The position numbers and the translations under genes were made by a program. From a virus: DNA of 64,000 bases. Positions 10,186-19,929 of the stretch are shown here, in pieces; position 1 is the first letter of the stretch, and each line of letters starts with the position of its first letter. Under the pieces are notes generated by a model. It made no database searches, was not told the DNA's origin, and saw only the letters and a program-made list of their open reading frames with translations. Where the stretch lies: IMG/VR virus record IMGVR_UViG_3300025699_000004; one strand, written 5' to 3'.

Positions 10186-12057
10186 CTATTTTATGAACAT
10201 AGGGGTGAATCCTGCAACCACCTTTTTCTCGGTCGAAGACATTATATCATAGTATACTTTTATCATCCAGTTGCCTAACACCATAGCCGAATAAGCGTCC
10301 TTTCTCGCTTTATGCGGTCCCGTGGTCCTCTTTAGAGTATCAGGGAGGTCAAAGGTTTGATTTCCTTGTGGAGAGGTTTTAATTTGTATTAATGCACATT
10401 GAGTTTTTACCAACTCCATCATGTCTTGTTGATGTTCAACAAAATCTATCATTTTAGCTCCCGAACTTTGCTTCTCCTCTGCGTCAGCGAAAGTCGAAAA
10501 TTTCAAATCTTTAATAGGTATTTTCTTTTTTATTTGTTCATGATAACTATTATTTATAGCTCTGCCCGCAAAGAATACTCTTTTATGATCGAAATTAGCC
10601 TGAAGGAGTTCGTTGGCTCTTCTGATCCATTGACTGGTAGGCTTCCTCAATATACAATATTTTCTTTCTGATAAATTGTATTGTTTTTTAGCTTCAATTA
10701 AATCTTCGCTATAAGACTCAGGCTTTTCAAAATCCGATGTCAGCATGTCAATGAAAATTTTAGACTTCTTGAATAAACCGCTTTCATTGCATGCATTTAT
10801 AAATTGAACCCCTCCATTGTAATCTCCAACTATTGCGACTATATTAAAGTTAGTTAAGATATAATGAAAATATTTCATATGATGCTTCAAGCTGGTTCCT
10901 GGCAACGCGTAGCCATGAACTAATGTGCCAGTTTTTGTTTGATCATTTATTTTAAATACCTGAATCGCAAAGTCATCAGAACTTTCGGACTCTGCCCAAC
11001 TAGGGTCAAACGAAATAATATACTTCGATTCAGAATCTCCAGAAACCTCAATGCTGGGATCTTCCCCATCAGGGATAGTGCAATCGACCATGCGGGATGT
11101 CTTAAAGTATCCAGAGCTATCGTCTGTAAATACAGCACCAAATTCTCTGTCAAACTGAGACTGACTCATAGTAGATTTTGATTGTAAAATTAAATTTTCA
11201 TCGTACAGTCTTTTGGGAGCGCAATCGTAGCTAAACTGCATAATACATCTATTCGCATCTCCTTGTTCCGCATCATAAGGATTCGCTATTAACCCTTCGA
11301 ATTTTTCATAAAGCTTGTAGAGATATTCAAATTTATAACTTGCTGAAGATAGCATTATCAACTTATTGTTCGGCCACTTATACCTATCTTTTTCTTGCAT
11401 TTTTCCTTGGGCGATTAAGTCGCTTTCCACTTGATGCATTCTTTCTCTTTCCACAGGATTTTCTACAACAGATAAAAATGGCACTATAACCTCATTATAT
11501 ATTCTTTCTGGCATCAATAACATTTCGTCAATAATAATTCTATGAAACCTGAAGCCTCTCAACTTAGATCCATCACCCAGAGGTAAAGCTCTTATCCTAG
11601 AGCTGCCTATCTCAAGTAACCATTCATCATTATTTTTGGATTTATGAGTTATACATTGGGCCAACATTCTCGCCTCAGGTTTTGCGGCAATGTCTTCTAT
11701 TTTTTTAAAAATCATTTTAGACTGTCTAAATGATTTTGACAATATACCAATCTCAACGCCTGGATTAAGTATAGCATCCAAGAATGCATATATTCCTGTG
11801 GTAAAAGATTTAGACATACCTCTTGACCAAATACCTAAAGTGTAATCACTTTCAAACATAGCTTTAATCGCTAAGTGTTGAAAGGGAAAAAGCTCAACCC
11901 CCGAAACCAGATCTGTAAAGAAAGTGACGTTTTCTCTTAGAAACTGATAAAGTAATATTTTAGCCTCGTCTTCATCTAGAAACCCTTCTATTTCCTTGAG
12001 CTTCTTGTTGAAATCTTCTTTTTTTAATCGTTGTTGATCTCCTATTTCCCAACTCAT
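10186..12057 (-). CDS. terL: Terminase large subunit
   Basis: Walker A-like SRGMSKS, Walker B IIIDE, FDREFGAVF linker, RNase H-like ISFDP nuclease start and KDAYSA acidic motif. Confidence 0.92.
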   Translation of the reverse strand: MSWEIGDQQRLKKEDFNKKLKEIEGFLDEDEAKILLYQFLRENVTFFTDLVSGVELFPFQHLAIKAMFESDYTLGIWSRGMSKSFTTGIYAFLDAILNPGVEIGILSKSFRQSKMIFKKIEDIAAKPEARMLAQCITHKSKNNDEWLLEIGSSRIRALPLGDGSKLRGFRFHRIIIDEMLLMPERIYNEVIVPFLSVVENPVERERMHQVESDLIAQGKMQEKDRYKWPNNKLIMLSSASYKFEYLYKLYEKFEGLIANPYDAEQGDANRCIMQFSYDCAPKRLYDENLILQSKSTMSQSQFDREFGAVFTDDSSGYFKTSRMVDCTIPDGEDPSIEVSGDSESKYIISFDPSWAESESSDDFAIQVFKINDQTKTGTLVHGYALPGTSLKHHMKYFHYILTNFNIVAIVGDYNGGVQFINACNESGLFKKSKIFIDMLTSDFEKPESYSEDLIEAKKQYNLSERKYCILRKPTSQWIRRANELLQANFDHKRVFFAGRAINNSYHEQIKKKIPIKDLKFSTFADAEEKQSSGAKMIDFVEHQQDMMELVKTQCALIQIKTSPQGNQTFDLPDTLKRTTGPHKARKDAYSAMVLGNWMIKVYYDIMSSTEKKVVAGFTPMFIK

Positions 12058-12416
12058 TCCCTAAATATTTTTTGACACTTATAGGAAGTTGGCCCCCAGA
12101 AATCTTCTGATATTTCTATGACTTCACTGGGCTTATAACCCGCGCAACTGTGAATATTGACAAATATGTCTTTTGATTTGTTTATTAAATGAGCTGTAAT
12201 TAAGCAATTCGAAGTTTCATGTACTAACCTGAATCCAGACATCTCTTCTTCGTGCTCCCCAAAGGGAGAAACCACGCCCATAATTTCAGCATCAGGATCG
12301 ATAAATTCGCCCAATTTTTTAGCGAAATCTTTTGCAGTTTCTTCGTTAATTTTTTTTGATTCGCACTTTTTTAAATCCAAGCATAAATCAAGAGACCATA
12401 GTGTTTTGTTTTTCAT
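12054..12416 (-). CDS. S-adenosylmethionine decarboxylase-like protein (divergent)
   Basis: LDLKKC...F..KL...PFG...SGFRLVHETSN...ITAH...NIHSC..Y pattern of the AdoMet decarboxylase proenzyme fold. Confidence 0.65.
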   Translation of the reverse strand: MKNKTLWSLDLCLDLKKCESKKINEETAKDFAKKLGEFIDPDAEIMGVVSPFGEHEEEMSGFRLVHETSNCLITAHLINKSKDIFVNIHSCAGYKPSEVIEISEDFWGPTSYKCQKIFRE

Positions 12417-13344
12417 CTATTTTTTTATCTATATAATATTGTAAATCCACATTCCATAATTCCTTACCGTATAATAATAACTTTGGAATTATATTTTTCA
12501 ACCCAGATCTATTATGCAAGAACAAAACCTGACAAACATCTTTATAGCTTTGGCTCATTTCTTTTAAGTTGTGCCATATATATGGGAGTTTTGATTTGTG
12601 CGCTCCGAAATTATTATTTAACTTTATTTTTTCTATACTGCTTTCCACCCCTATGAATATAAAAGAATTCAACTCCCTTGCTCTATCCAATTCCCTCTTG
12701 AATCTTTCATAGTTTTTTCCGCTTAAAGTACTCTTGAAGTCCTGCTCGCTCTTTCTATCTACATATGTATAGTCGTAGTATTTGCCTCCGCATGTATAGT
12801 CTCCAAAATCTAATTTCATATCAATACTTTTTTTAAATTTTAAAGGTTTTTGTTCTCTAGTATCCACGAAAATTTCTAAATCCTGAGGCGAATCAACTTG
12901 AAAAAAGTTCTCTGGAATTCTATTTTTCAACAAATTTTTTACACCTAGAGGTTTAGATAACTTGCAATAGCTGCCAAATATTTTTCTATACGTGTCGATA
13001 TCAGGCAAGTCACATAACTCAAGCTCCACATGACTCAACAAGTATTTAATCCCCTTCTCTTCGATTCTTTTTTTTAAGAGAGTCCTGCAATACTCTAAAG
13101 TTTCACTTTTATTTTTATCATTGCACCACTGTATCAATTCGGCTCTATTTAAAAAATCTCGGTTCTTATAATCCTTAATATTTTTAAAAGGAATTTTTTT
13201 TCCAAAAAGCAGACTCTTCTTGGGGCAATATTCCTCGTAATATTTTGAAATTTCAAGCTTATGAGCTTTCGATATGTGTAAGTGAAGCCCTCTCTCTTTG
13301 TCGAATTTTTTACCGCATATTTCGCACTCAAATTCTTCCGACAT
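12388..13344 (-). CDS. C2H2 zinc finger + ERCC4/XPF-type nuclease
   Basis: CEICGKKF...LHLHISKAH; FVDTREQKP, DFGDY, VDRKSEQDF ERCC4 signature. Confidence 0.85.
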   Translation of the reverse strand: MSEEFECEICGKKFDKERGLHLHISKAHKLEISKYYEEYCPKKSLLFGKKIPFKNIKDYKNRDFLNRAELIQWCNDKNKSETLEYCRTLLKKRIEEKGIKYLLSHVELELCDLPDIDTYRKIFGSYCKLSKPLGVKNLLKNRIPENFFQVDSPQDLEIFVDTREQKPLKFKKSIDMKLDFGDYTCGGKYYDYTYVDRKSEQDFKSTLSGKNYERFKRELDRARELNSFIFIGVESSIEKIKLNNNFGAHKSKLPYIWHNLKEMSQSYKDVCQVLFLHNRSGLKNIIPKLLLYGKELWNVDLQYYIDKKIDEKQNTMVS

Positions 13345-14393
13345 TACATTACATCCTCTTTCCTTAAACCCATGACCCTAGCCTTCCAGGAGTCCATTGA
13401 TTCAAGCTTATCTATTTCTTCCTCGACCAGCATTTTTTGCTTTTCCGCTATTTCTATCATCCTGTTTCTTTCTTCTTGCTCTTGAAATGATTGCACCAAA
13501 TTTAATATAGATGCATATTTATCTTGTTTGTTTTTCATCCTGACGGATCTATCTCCATTAAGTTTTTTTATCAACGACTCTTGTCTTTGTTCACACTGGT
13601 GATATTCCGCGCTTTTAGCCTTAAGTATCTCCGCTAACTTTACTGACATTTCTGTTTGATCTTCAACCTCGTCAAACATTCTATTTAATTTTTCCATGTT
13701 TTTTTGAATAATTTTTAAATTAACATAATCAACACATACATTTATATATAAATTAACTTCGTCTGTTGTTAAGTCGGGCTTATCCCATACAGCTCTAATG
13801 AATTCCCCTTCAAAGAGCTTTGCATCCTGGCAGTTATAAGTATTCATCAAATCAACAAACCTGGGCGACGATAAAAACTTTTCAAGAGCGTTTAAGTTTT
13901 CTTTATCTGATCTTTTTAATGTTTTTTCGTCTACTTCAACTTGAGCGAAACTTTTGATCTTTTTAGTCAATTTCGCTATTGTATTTGGTATTTCATACTG
14001 TTTTCTCTCGATAATTAATTCTTCAGGTTTTATGAAATCAATAGAATTAGTTTTTAGGAAATTCGCTACAGCTCTTTGTTCCATGCTTAGGTTTTTCACC
14101 TCTTTATCTTGAAATAATAATTGGGCTATTTGCAGGCTGTTTAGCCTGTCTCTAGAATATTCCTTAATTAATTCTTCCTGACTTTCCGTTAATATTATTT
14201 TTTTTGCTTTTTTATGAACTTTCGTTTTGTATCCAAACCCCATTTCCAGCATGTAAGAAGCAACAGCTTTCCCCTCCTTGTTTCTTCCGTCTAGAGACTG
14301 ATCGTTAAATAAAGTTCTGGTCAATTGATCTATATCTGGTATATGCAAATAATTATTACCTATAAATTTCTTTTGATCATTATTAAGTTCCAT
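13344..14393 (-). CDS. Putative terminase small subunit / HTH DNA-binding protein
   Basis: N-terminal HTH-like segments, EVNLYINVCVDY motif and coiled-coil C-terminus; upstream of terL. Confidence 0.4.
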   Translation of the reverse strand: MELNNDQKKFIGNNYLHIPDIDQLTRTLFNDQSLDGRNKEGKAVASYMLEMGFGYKTKVHKKAKKIILTESQEELIKEYSRDRLNSLQIAQLLFQDKEVKNLSMEQRAVANFLKTNSIDFIKPEELIIERKQYEIPNTIAKLTKKIKSFAQVEVDEKTLKRSDKENLNALEKFLSSPRFVDLMNTYNCQDAKLFEGEFIRAVWDKPDLTTDEVNLYINVCVDYVNLKIIQKNMEKLNRMFDEVEDQTEMSVKLAEILKAKSAEYHQCEQRQESLIKKLNGDRSVRMKNKQDKYASILNLVQSFQEQEERNRMIEIAEKQKMLVEEEIDKLESMDSWKARVMGLRKEDVM

Positions 14394-15094
14394 TATAAAA
14401 ATATATCCTTTCTTTTTATTAGGCTCAAGGCCTTCTCCTTAAACTTACTCTTTAAATTTTTTATTTGCTTGTAACCAGCCTTCCGACCTTTTTCTGAAGT
14501 TTTATAACCAAGCTTTAGGGCCACTTGCTCTTCGTCTATTTTATCAATGAAAAGCATTTTATAAATTCCAAATTGTTTTTCGCTAAGGTAGCTTTTCATT
14601 TCCTTATGGAATTTTTTAACATTTAAATCTATATCTTCATTTAATATATTAAAAGACTTAAGGTCATATTGTAAGTTTTCCATTGAAACTGGAAGTTTTA
14701 TATCGCAAGCATGTTTTTTGGCCTTCGACCATTTTTTATAGAGCGGGCATGTGTTATCCTGCTTCCCGCTTTTCGTAAATCCGCAGGCATTCTCTTCTGC
14801 TGACCCAGACATATTAAGAGGGCAATTAGAGCATGGCTTAACGAAACTGTGGTAATTATTTCTTAAGATATTTTTAAATTGATTTGTTATGATTTTGTTA
14901 ACCCAAGGTAACAAAGATCTCTCTTGATCCCATTGGTCCCATTTTTTATATATATGAGCCCTTATTATCTGGGAAACATCATCAAAATCCATCCACGCTA
15001 AAGAAGTTAAACGCCACTTACCCCGACGTTTTTGTATTTCTTTATCTATATCGATGTATTTATCTTCGTAATTGAACTTACTTTTCTTCGCCAC
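14393..15094 (-). CDS. Phage sigma70-family (ECF-like) sigma factor
   Basis: Region 2 DFDDVSQ...WDQWDQERSLLPWVNKIITNQFKNILR; region 4-like LSEKQFGIYKMLF...EQVALKLGY. Confidence 0.8.
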   Translation of the reverse strand: MAKKSKFNYEDKYIDIDKEIQKRRGKWRLTSLAWMDFDDVSQIIRAHIYKKWDQWDQERSLLPWVNKIITNQFKNILRNNYHSFVKPCSNCPLNMSGSAEENACGFTKSGKQDNTCPLYKKWSKAKKHACDIKLPVSMENLQYDLKSFNILNEDIDLNVKKFHKEMKSYLSEKQFGIYKMLFIDKIDEEQVALKLGYKTSEKGRKAGYKQIKNLKSKFKEKALSLIKRKDIFL

Positions 15095-15392
15095 TTTGTT
15101 TTAGTTCATTTATTTTCCCTATTATGTCTGATCCTTTAATAACCCTACCTGACCCTCCATAGTCTACGTCCACTTTCAATCCACCTCTAATTTCGGGGAC
15201 ATAATCTATATCCGAAAAATCATCGCCTTGATCAATTTCTCTTGCTTTGGAAGTTTTAAGAGCCCTTGTCTTCGGGGCATCTTTAATCGCCGCACTTAAT
15301 CCCAGGGGCTTGCCGCATCCTCCGCAAAACTTAGGTGGATGAATTGAATATTCGTTTTTATAACCACAATGAGTACAGTATGTATTAGCCAT
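15078..15392 (-). CDS. Zinc-ribbon protein
   Basis: YCTHCG...KFCGGCGKPL. Confidence 0.75.
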   Translation of the reverse strand: MANTYCTHCGYKNEYSIHPPKFCGGCGKPLGLSAAIKDAPKTRALKTSKAREIDQGDDFSDIDYVPEIRGGLKVDVDYGGSGRVIKGSDIIGKINELKQSGEEK

Positions 15393-15713
15393 TTAAATCC
15401 TTCTTGATATTAGTTTGCAATATTTTTTTATAACCCTTTTTTCTTTTTCAGATAAATCATCACTAAGTTCGGACATTCGTATTTCAACCATATCTATCTC
15501 AACATTCGAAGAGATCGCTGCATCTGAATTGTATCTCTCTTCCTTCTTTAATACTATTTGAGCTCGTTTAATCTTGCCTTGCGCTAGAATTTTTTTAATT
15601 TCTAGTTTTAAGTTAGACTCTTTTCTCTTTGACAAGAGCAGTTGTATTAACATAACGATGATCGCTACAGACCCACCTATAATTGCTGAAATTATTTCAT
15701 TACTCATAAACAC
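15393..15713 (-). CDS. Small membrane-anchored protein
   Basis: N-terminal hydrophobic helix IISAIIGGSVAIIVMLIQLLL then a charged region. Confidence 0.55.
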   Translation of the reverse strand: MFMSNEIISAIIGGSVAIIVMLIQLLLSKRKESNLKLEIKKILAQGKIKRAQIVLKKEERYNSDAAISSNVEIDMVEIRMSELSDDLSEKEKRVIKKYCKLISRRI

Positions 15714-15745
15714 TTTATGATAAAAAAATTTTTAAAAATTTAAAT

Positions 15746-16459
15746 TTATTTTTCTAATTTCTTAATTATAAATTTTAAAATCTCACTTCTTACGATATCC
15801 TCTTGGTTGAAAGAAAAACAGTGAATTCCATTATCCGAACTCTCTTTATCCTTAAATACATTAAACATTTGAGAGAATCCAGACTTACCATTTATATCAC
15901 TTTGCATAAAATCTCCGCATATAAAAATTTTAGTATTTTTTCCTATTCTAGTTATTAATGTTGTCAATTCCTTGAATGTCGCATTCTGAGCTTCATCCAT
16001 TATTACAATTTTGTTATTCCAGCTAGAACCCCTTAAGAAATTTATAGGCATAGCATCTATCCTCCCCTTCTCCTCCAGGTCTCTTCTTGCTGTGGTATTC
16101 TTGGGTAATAGCTCGTATAATTTATCATTTAACGGTAAGATGTAGGGGTTGAACTTTGTATCCAAGTCTCCAGGTAGTGCCCCAAGCCCCTTATCGGCGC
16201 TTTCTATTATAGTCCTAACATAGAGAAGGTCCAAGTCCTTATCGTCCGACAGCAGCCTTAGAGCGCAATAGACTGCCATGTATGTTTTTGAGCTTCCTGC
16301 GGGCCCAGATACAAAAGTAATTTTACTTTCTTTGTCTAGAGATAAATCCAGTAAAGCTTTTTGCTTTTTAGTTAGAGACAATCTATTGAGAGATATTTTA
16401 TCAGAACCAATTGATATGTCTTGCTTTGTTAGTTTAGTTTTTGTTTTTTTTGTTGCCAT
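15746..16459 (-). CDS. phoH: PhoH-family ATPase
   Basis: GPAGSSKT, LGALPG, PINFLRGSS, IMDEAQN, GDFMQSD, DIVRS motifs. Confidence 0.95.
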   Translation of the reverse strand: MATKKTKTKLTKQDISIGSDKISLNRLSLTKKQKALLDLSLDKESKITFVSGPAGSSKTYMAVYCALRLLSDDKDLDLLYVRTIIESADKGLGALPGDLDTKFNPYILPLNDKLYELLPKNTTARRDLEEKGRIDAMPINFLRGSSWNNKIVIMDEAQNATFKELTTLITRIGKNTKIFICGDFMQSDINGKSGFSQMFNVFKDKESSDNGIHCFSFNQEDIVRSEILKFIIKKLEK

Positions 16460-16985
16460 GTTTAATGTTATTTAAAATATTATTAATTAATGCTCCTTTG
16501 TTTTTGTTAGTCTCATGATACCACTTCCAATGAATAGACTCTATTATATTTTTTATATCCAATTTTAAAGAATCGACCTCTCTTTCCATTTGCTCGATTT
16601 GTCTAAATGAAATACCATCTACATTCACATTTAACTTTATTGCATTGTCTATTAACTTAGATATTTCCCCTTCTTTTTTAGCTTTTGCGGATTCTATAAA
16701 AATGTCTTGATCATACTTTTCTATTTTGTCAGGATGGCTTTTTTTGGCTATCTCCCTAAATATCGACTTAATCTCCTCCTCGTTTACTGAAGTTTTATCT
16801 TGTTTTTCTTTTTTTTCTGGCTTGAATTCTAAATCGACATTTTCTTTCTTAGCTCGAAATGAAATCTCTTCATTAAATAATTGCAAAGCCTTTAATTCTA
16901 CATCTCTTAAGCTCAAATATTCAGAAGTTAGATTTCTCCACTCAACCCTTATTCTTTTTAATATTTTCTTTTTTTCTTTCAACAT
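16434..16985 (-). CDS. J-domain (DnaJ-like) protein
   Basis: IKSIFREIAKKSHPDK with HPD motif. Confidence 0.75.
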   Translation of the reverse strand: MLKEKKKILKRIRVEWRNLTSEYLSLRDVELKALQLFNEEISFRAKKENVDLEFKPEKKEKQDKTSVNEEEIKSIFREIAKKSHPDKIEKYDQDIFIESAKAKKEGEISKLIDNAIKLNVNVDGISFRQIEQMEREVDSLKLDIKNIIESIHWKWYHETNKNKGALINNILNNIKHGNKKNKN

Positions 16986-17262
16986 ATTTTCTTATGCCAT
17001 AAAATGTGCCCGAACAAATCAGTAGAACTAATATGATTCCCAGTATTCCAAAAAACACAAATGCAGGCTTCTGCAAATCCACGCCTTGACCTTCTTGATT
17101 TTGAAATTCTTCCTGCGATATAAAATTATCTTGATTTTTGTCTATTTTTCTAAATTTTTTTTGATCGTAGATTTCTGAACGATCAGCATCAGGATTATTT
17201 ATCAAGCCCTTCATAGAGCAAGACGCCAGACTTAAAAGGGTTATAAAAAATAAGAATTTCAC
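16942..17262 (-). CDS. Predicted lipoprotein with EF-hand and C-terminal TM helix
   Basis: Lipobox LSLASC; DKNQDNFISQEE 12-residue EF-hand loop; hydrophobic C-terminal helix. Confidence 0.65.
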   Translation of the reverse strand: MKFLFFITLLSLASCSMKGLINNPDADRSEIYDQKKFRKIDKNQDNFISQEEFQNQEGQGVDLQKPAFVFFGILGIILVLLICSGTFYGIRKYVERKKENIKKNKG

Positions 17263-17327
17263 AATTTACCAAAATTAATAATGCTATAGAAATAATAGTT
17301 TTTAAATTTAATATAATTGTATTACAC

Positions 17328-17531
17328 ATGAATAAAAGAAAAGTTCTCAAAAACATATGCCTAGAGTATGTCGAAGCCAATGATGTTAAAGTTGAGGGCG
17401 AAGAATTATTCGTGCTAGTGCCTTCTAAATATGCGGGCGATTTAATAATGAAACTGGAGCAAAAAGGATGCAAGCTCCAATTTAGCAAAAAGAAGCATTT
17501 CTTGCTGCTTATTTGCTTCTTAATACCCTAA
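17328..17531 (+). CDS. Hypothetical protein
   Basis: 67-aa ORF leading the rightward GT operon. Confidence 0.55.
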   Translation: MNKRKVLKNICLEYVEANDVKVEGEELFVLVPSKYAGDLIMKLEQKGCKLQFSKKKHFLLLICFLIP

Positions 17532-17532
17532 A

Positions 17533-19065
17533 ATGAAGAAGAAATTGTATTGTTTCTTTACTCCGTCCCACGAGTCATTATTTAATGACTACTTAAAACC
17601 TAGTGCCGAAAAAGAATATGATATAAATTATCTTTTTTACAAAAACCAAATTTGTGAATCTGGAGAATATAGTGAAAGCGGATGGAGGGAGACTCAATAC
17701 AATAAAGTTTTATACTGGATAGATGCGGTGAAAAAAAACTACCAAGATGTAATTGTTTGCTGCGATGTGGATGTTCAGTTTTTGAAACCTAGCTTCGAGT
17801 TACTCGTTCAGGCCTTAGGCTCAGGCGATATCGCTTTTCAATGCAATGATAGTTCTGGGAATATTTGTTCTGGATTTTTTATCTGCAAATGTAACGATAA
17901 GACCCTTTCATTCTTGAAGGAAACAGCCGCAATACTAAAAGGCAAGATGCGTCAAGATGGAGGGGGGGAGCAGTACGTAATGAGAGATATCCTTTTTAAA
18001 GATTCTTGCGATTTAAATTGGGCGGTCATTCCGAGATCAATAGTTTGGTGCCCTTCTGAAAAATACAATGCACTTTCAGCTTTAAAAGTAAATAATAGCC
18101 TAGTTGCCCATCATGCAAACTGGACAAATGGAGTTGATGAAAAAATAAAACAACTTGATTACATTAGAAATCGATTTAATCAAGGCTCATTGGCGGAAAA
18201 GCAATCCAGGATAGCTTTGTGCTCCTCATCCCTTTTAAGGAACCTTGGTCAAACATATGAGAACTTAATAGAGAAAATAATAAAGCCGCTTCCAGAGGCC
18301 CCTGATTTTTTTGGGTTTTTTACCGACAAGTGCGAAACGGAAGAAAATAAGAGGTATTTAAATGAAATAAAAAAACATTGCAATTCAATGCATATTGAAT
18401 TCAAGGAAGACATTATAGATGAGACACTTTGCGATCTTAGCGATGGCTTAAATAGATTCCAGAGACATGGATTAAGGGGCAATATACTTCAGTGGCAGTC
18501 TATGAAAAAGGTCAAGGAGTTAAAGTGCAATTTTGAGAATTTTCACGGAATGACTTACGAGTGCGTTATTTGGACTAGGCCAGATTTGTATTTTTTTAAC
18601 TCCCTGGATAATATTTTAAATTTAAAATTCCATGAAATATATAACTCAGCTCACGACAATCATCTTCACGGGATTTGCGACAGATTCTCATTAGGCTCTT
18701 CGGAGGCTATGGACTCAAGAATGACGATAATTGACTCTTTTAGAGAATGGTTCTTCAACCACAAGAGAGAAGATACTTTTTTTTCAAAAAAAGAACAGAG
18801 GTTTATGTGGAACCCAGAGGTATTTTATCGTGATTACCTGGAGATTTGCGAATTAAATCACGGGAAGTTGAATCTATGTTTCGGTAAATCAAGGGAGAAC
18901 GGAGAGGTCAAGATTCCATTCTGGCATGAAATCTCTGGAAATTCAAACTCTGGACACTCTTGCTCTGAAGATATTATCAATCCTGAGGTTCTCAAAACCA
19001 TTAAAGACAGTGAAGATCTAATCTTAGATAAATATGGAAACTGGATGACAGTTAAAATGAAATGA
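17533..19065 (+). CDS. Two-domain glycosyltransferase (GT77-like nucleotide-diphospho-sugar transferase + second GT-like domain)
   Basis: CDVDVQF DxD, CSGFF, GEQYVM, HHANW; C-terminal WTRPDLYF and DRFSLGS motifs. Confidence 0.75.
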   Translation: MKKKLYCFFTPSHESLFNDYLKPSAEKEYDINYLFYKNQICESGEYSESGWRETQYNKVLYWIDAVKKNYQDVIVCCDVDVQFLKPSFELLVQALGSGDIAFQCNDSSGNICSGFFICKCNDKTLSFLKETAAILKGKMRQDGGGEQYVMRDILFKDSCDLNWAVIPRSIVWCPSEKYNALSALKVNNSLVAHHANWTNGVDEKIKQLDYIRNRFNQGSLAEKQSRIALCSSSLLRNLGQTYENLIEKIIKPLPEAPDFFGFFTDKCETEENKRYLNEIKKHCNSMHIEFKEDIIDETLCDLSDGLNRFQRHGLRGNILQWQSMKKVKELKCNFENFHGMTYECVIWTRPDLYFFNSLDNILNLKFHEIYNSAHDNHLHGICDRFSLGSSEAMDSRMTIIDSFREWFFNHKREDTFFSKKEQRFMWNPEVFYRDYLEICELNHGKLNLCFGKSRENGEVKIPFWHEISGNSNSGHSCSEDIINPEVLKTIKDSEDLILDKYGNWMTVKMK

Positions 19066-19907
19066 AGAAAACTCGGATTATAGCTGTCTACTTTGGAAGT
19101 TTTCCTTATTACTTCTCCCTCTTCAAGGAAAGTTGTTTTAAGAATAAAAACTTCGAGTGGTTGATATTTAATGATAGTGTGGGAGATAAGCGGGAAAAAA
19201 ATATAAAATATGTAAGGACTTCCCTTAAGGAACTCAGCGAGCTCGCCTCGGAAGCCCTAAGCTGTAAGATCGACCTCAAGGAACCTTACAAGGTATGTGA
19301 CTTAAGACCAATCTTTCCTATTGTTTTTTCCGATTACATTAAGGGTTACGAATTTTGGGGTCACTGCGATCTGGATGTAATTTGGGGAGATATGGGTAAG
19401 TTTTTGGATTACGAATTTCCCTGGGAAAATGATATAATATCTGCCGATAGAAGAAGGGTTTGCGGTCCATTTTCATTATTTAAAATTTCAGACCAAATGA
19501 AATACCTATATAAAGATATCGATGATTATATTGATATATTAAATTCAGAAGAATCTGGAATTATAGATGAGCTAGAATTTAACCAAGTTAACGAACCTAA
19601 AAGATGCACTCAGACAATAGATACGAAGAAATATAAAGTTTTTTGCGGCCACGATATTTCAGGCAAGTTTATATCACTACAAAGGTATAGCACGGACAGA
19701 GCTCCAGCTTACTGGAAGAGTGGGAAATTATTCATTGAAAAATATTTTAAAAATCTAGTGGTCGATGGTAACAATTTTCATGGATTCGGGGCGGAAACAA
19801 TGATGCTTCATGTAAGAAAATGGCATTATGTGGATTGTAAAAAAAAGTCAATACATCACAAGGATGAAAGTGTTGATATTTACAAGCAATGGGCTAATAC
19901 CCATTAA
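19062..19907 (+). CDS. DUF6625-like putative glycosyltransferase
   Basis: YFG.FP.YF, YKVCDLRP, FWGHCDLDVIWG motifs. Confidence 0.75.
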   Translation: MKKTRIIAVYFGSFPYYFSLFKESCFKNKNFEWLIFNDSVGDKREKNIKYVRTSLKELSELASEALSCKIDLKEPYKVCDLRPIFPIVFSDYIKGYEFWGHCDLDVIWGDMGKFLDYEFPWENDIISADRRRVCGPFSLFKISDQMKYLYKDIDDYIDILNSEESGIIDELEFNQVNEPKRCTQTIDTKKYKVFCGHDISGKFISLQRYSTDRAPAYWKSGKLFIEKYFKNLVVDGNNFHGFGAETMMLHVRKWHYVDCKKKSIHHKDESVDIYKQWANTH

Positions 19908-19929
19908 GGTTTTAGTGTAATATATTTTT

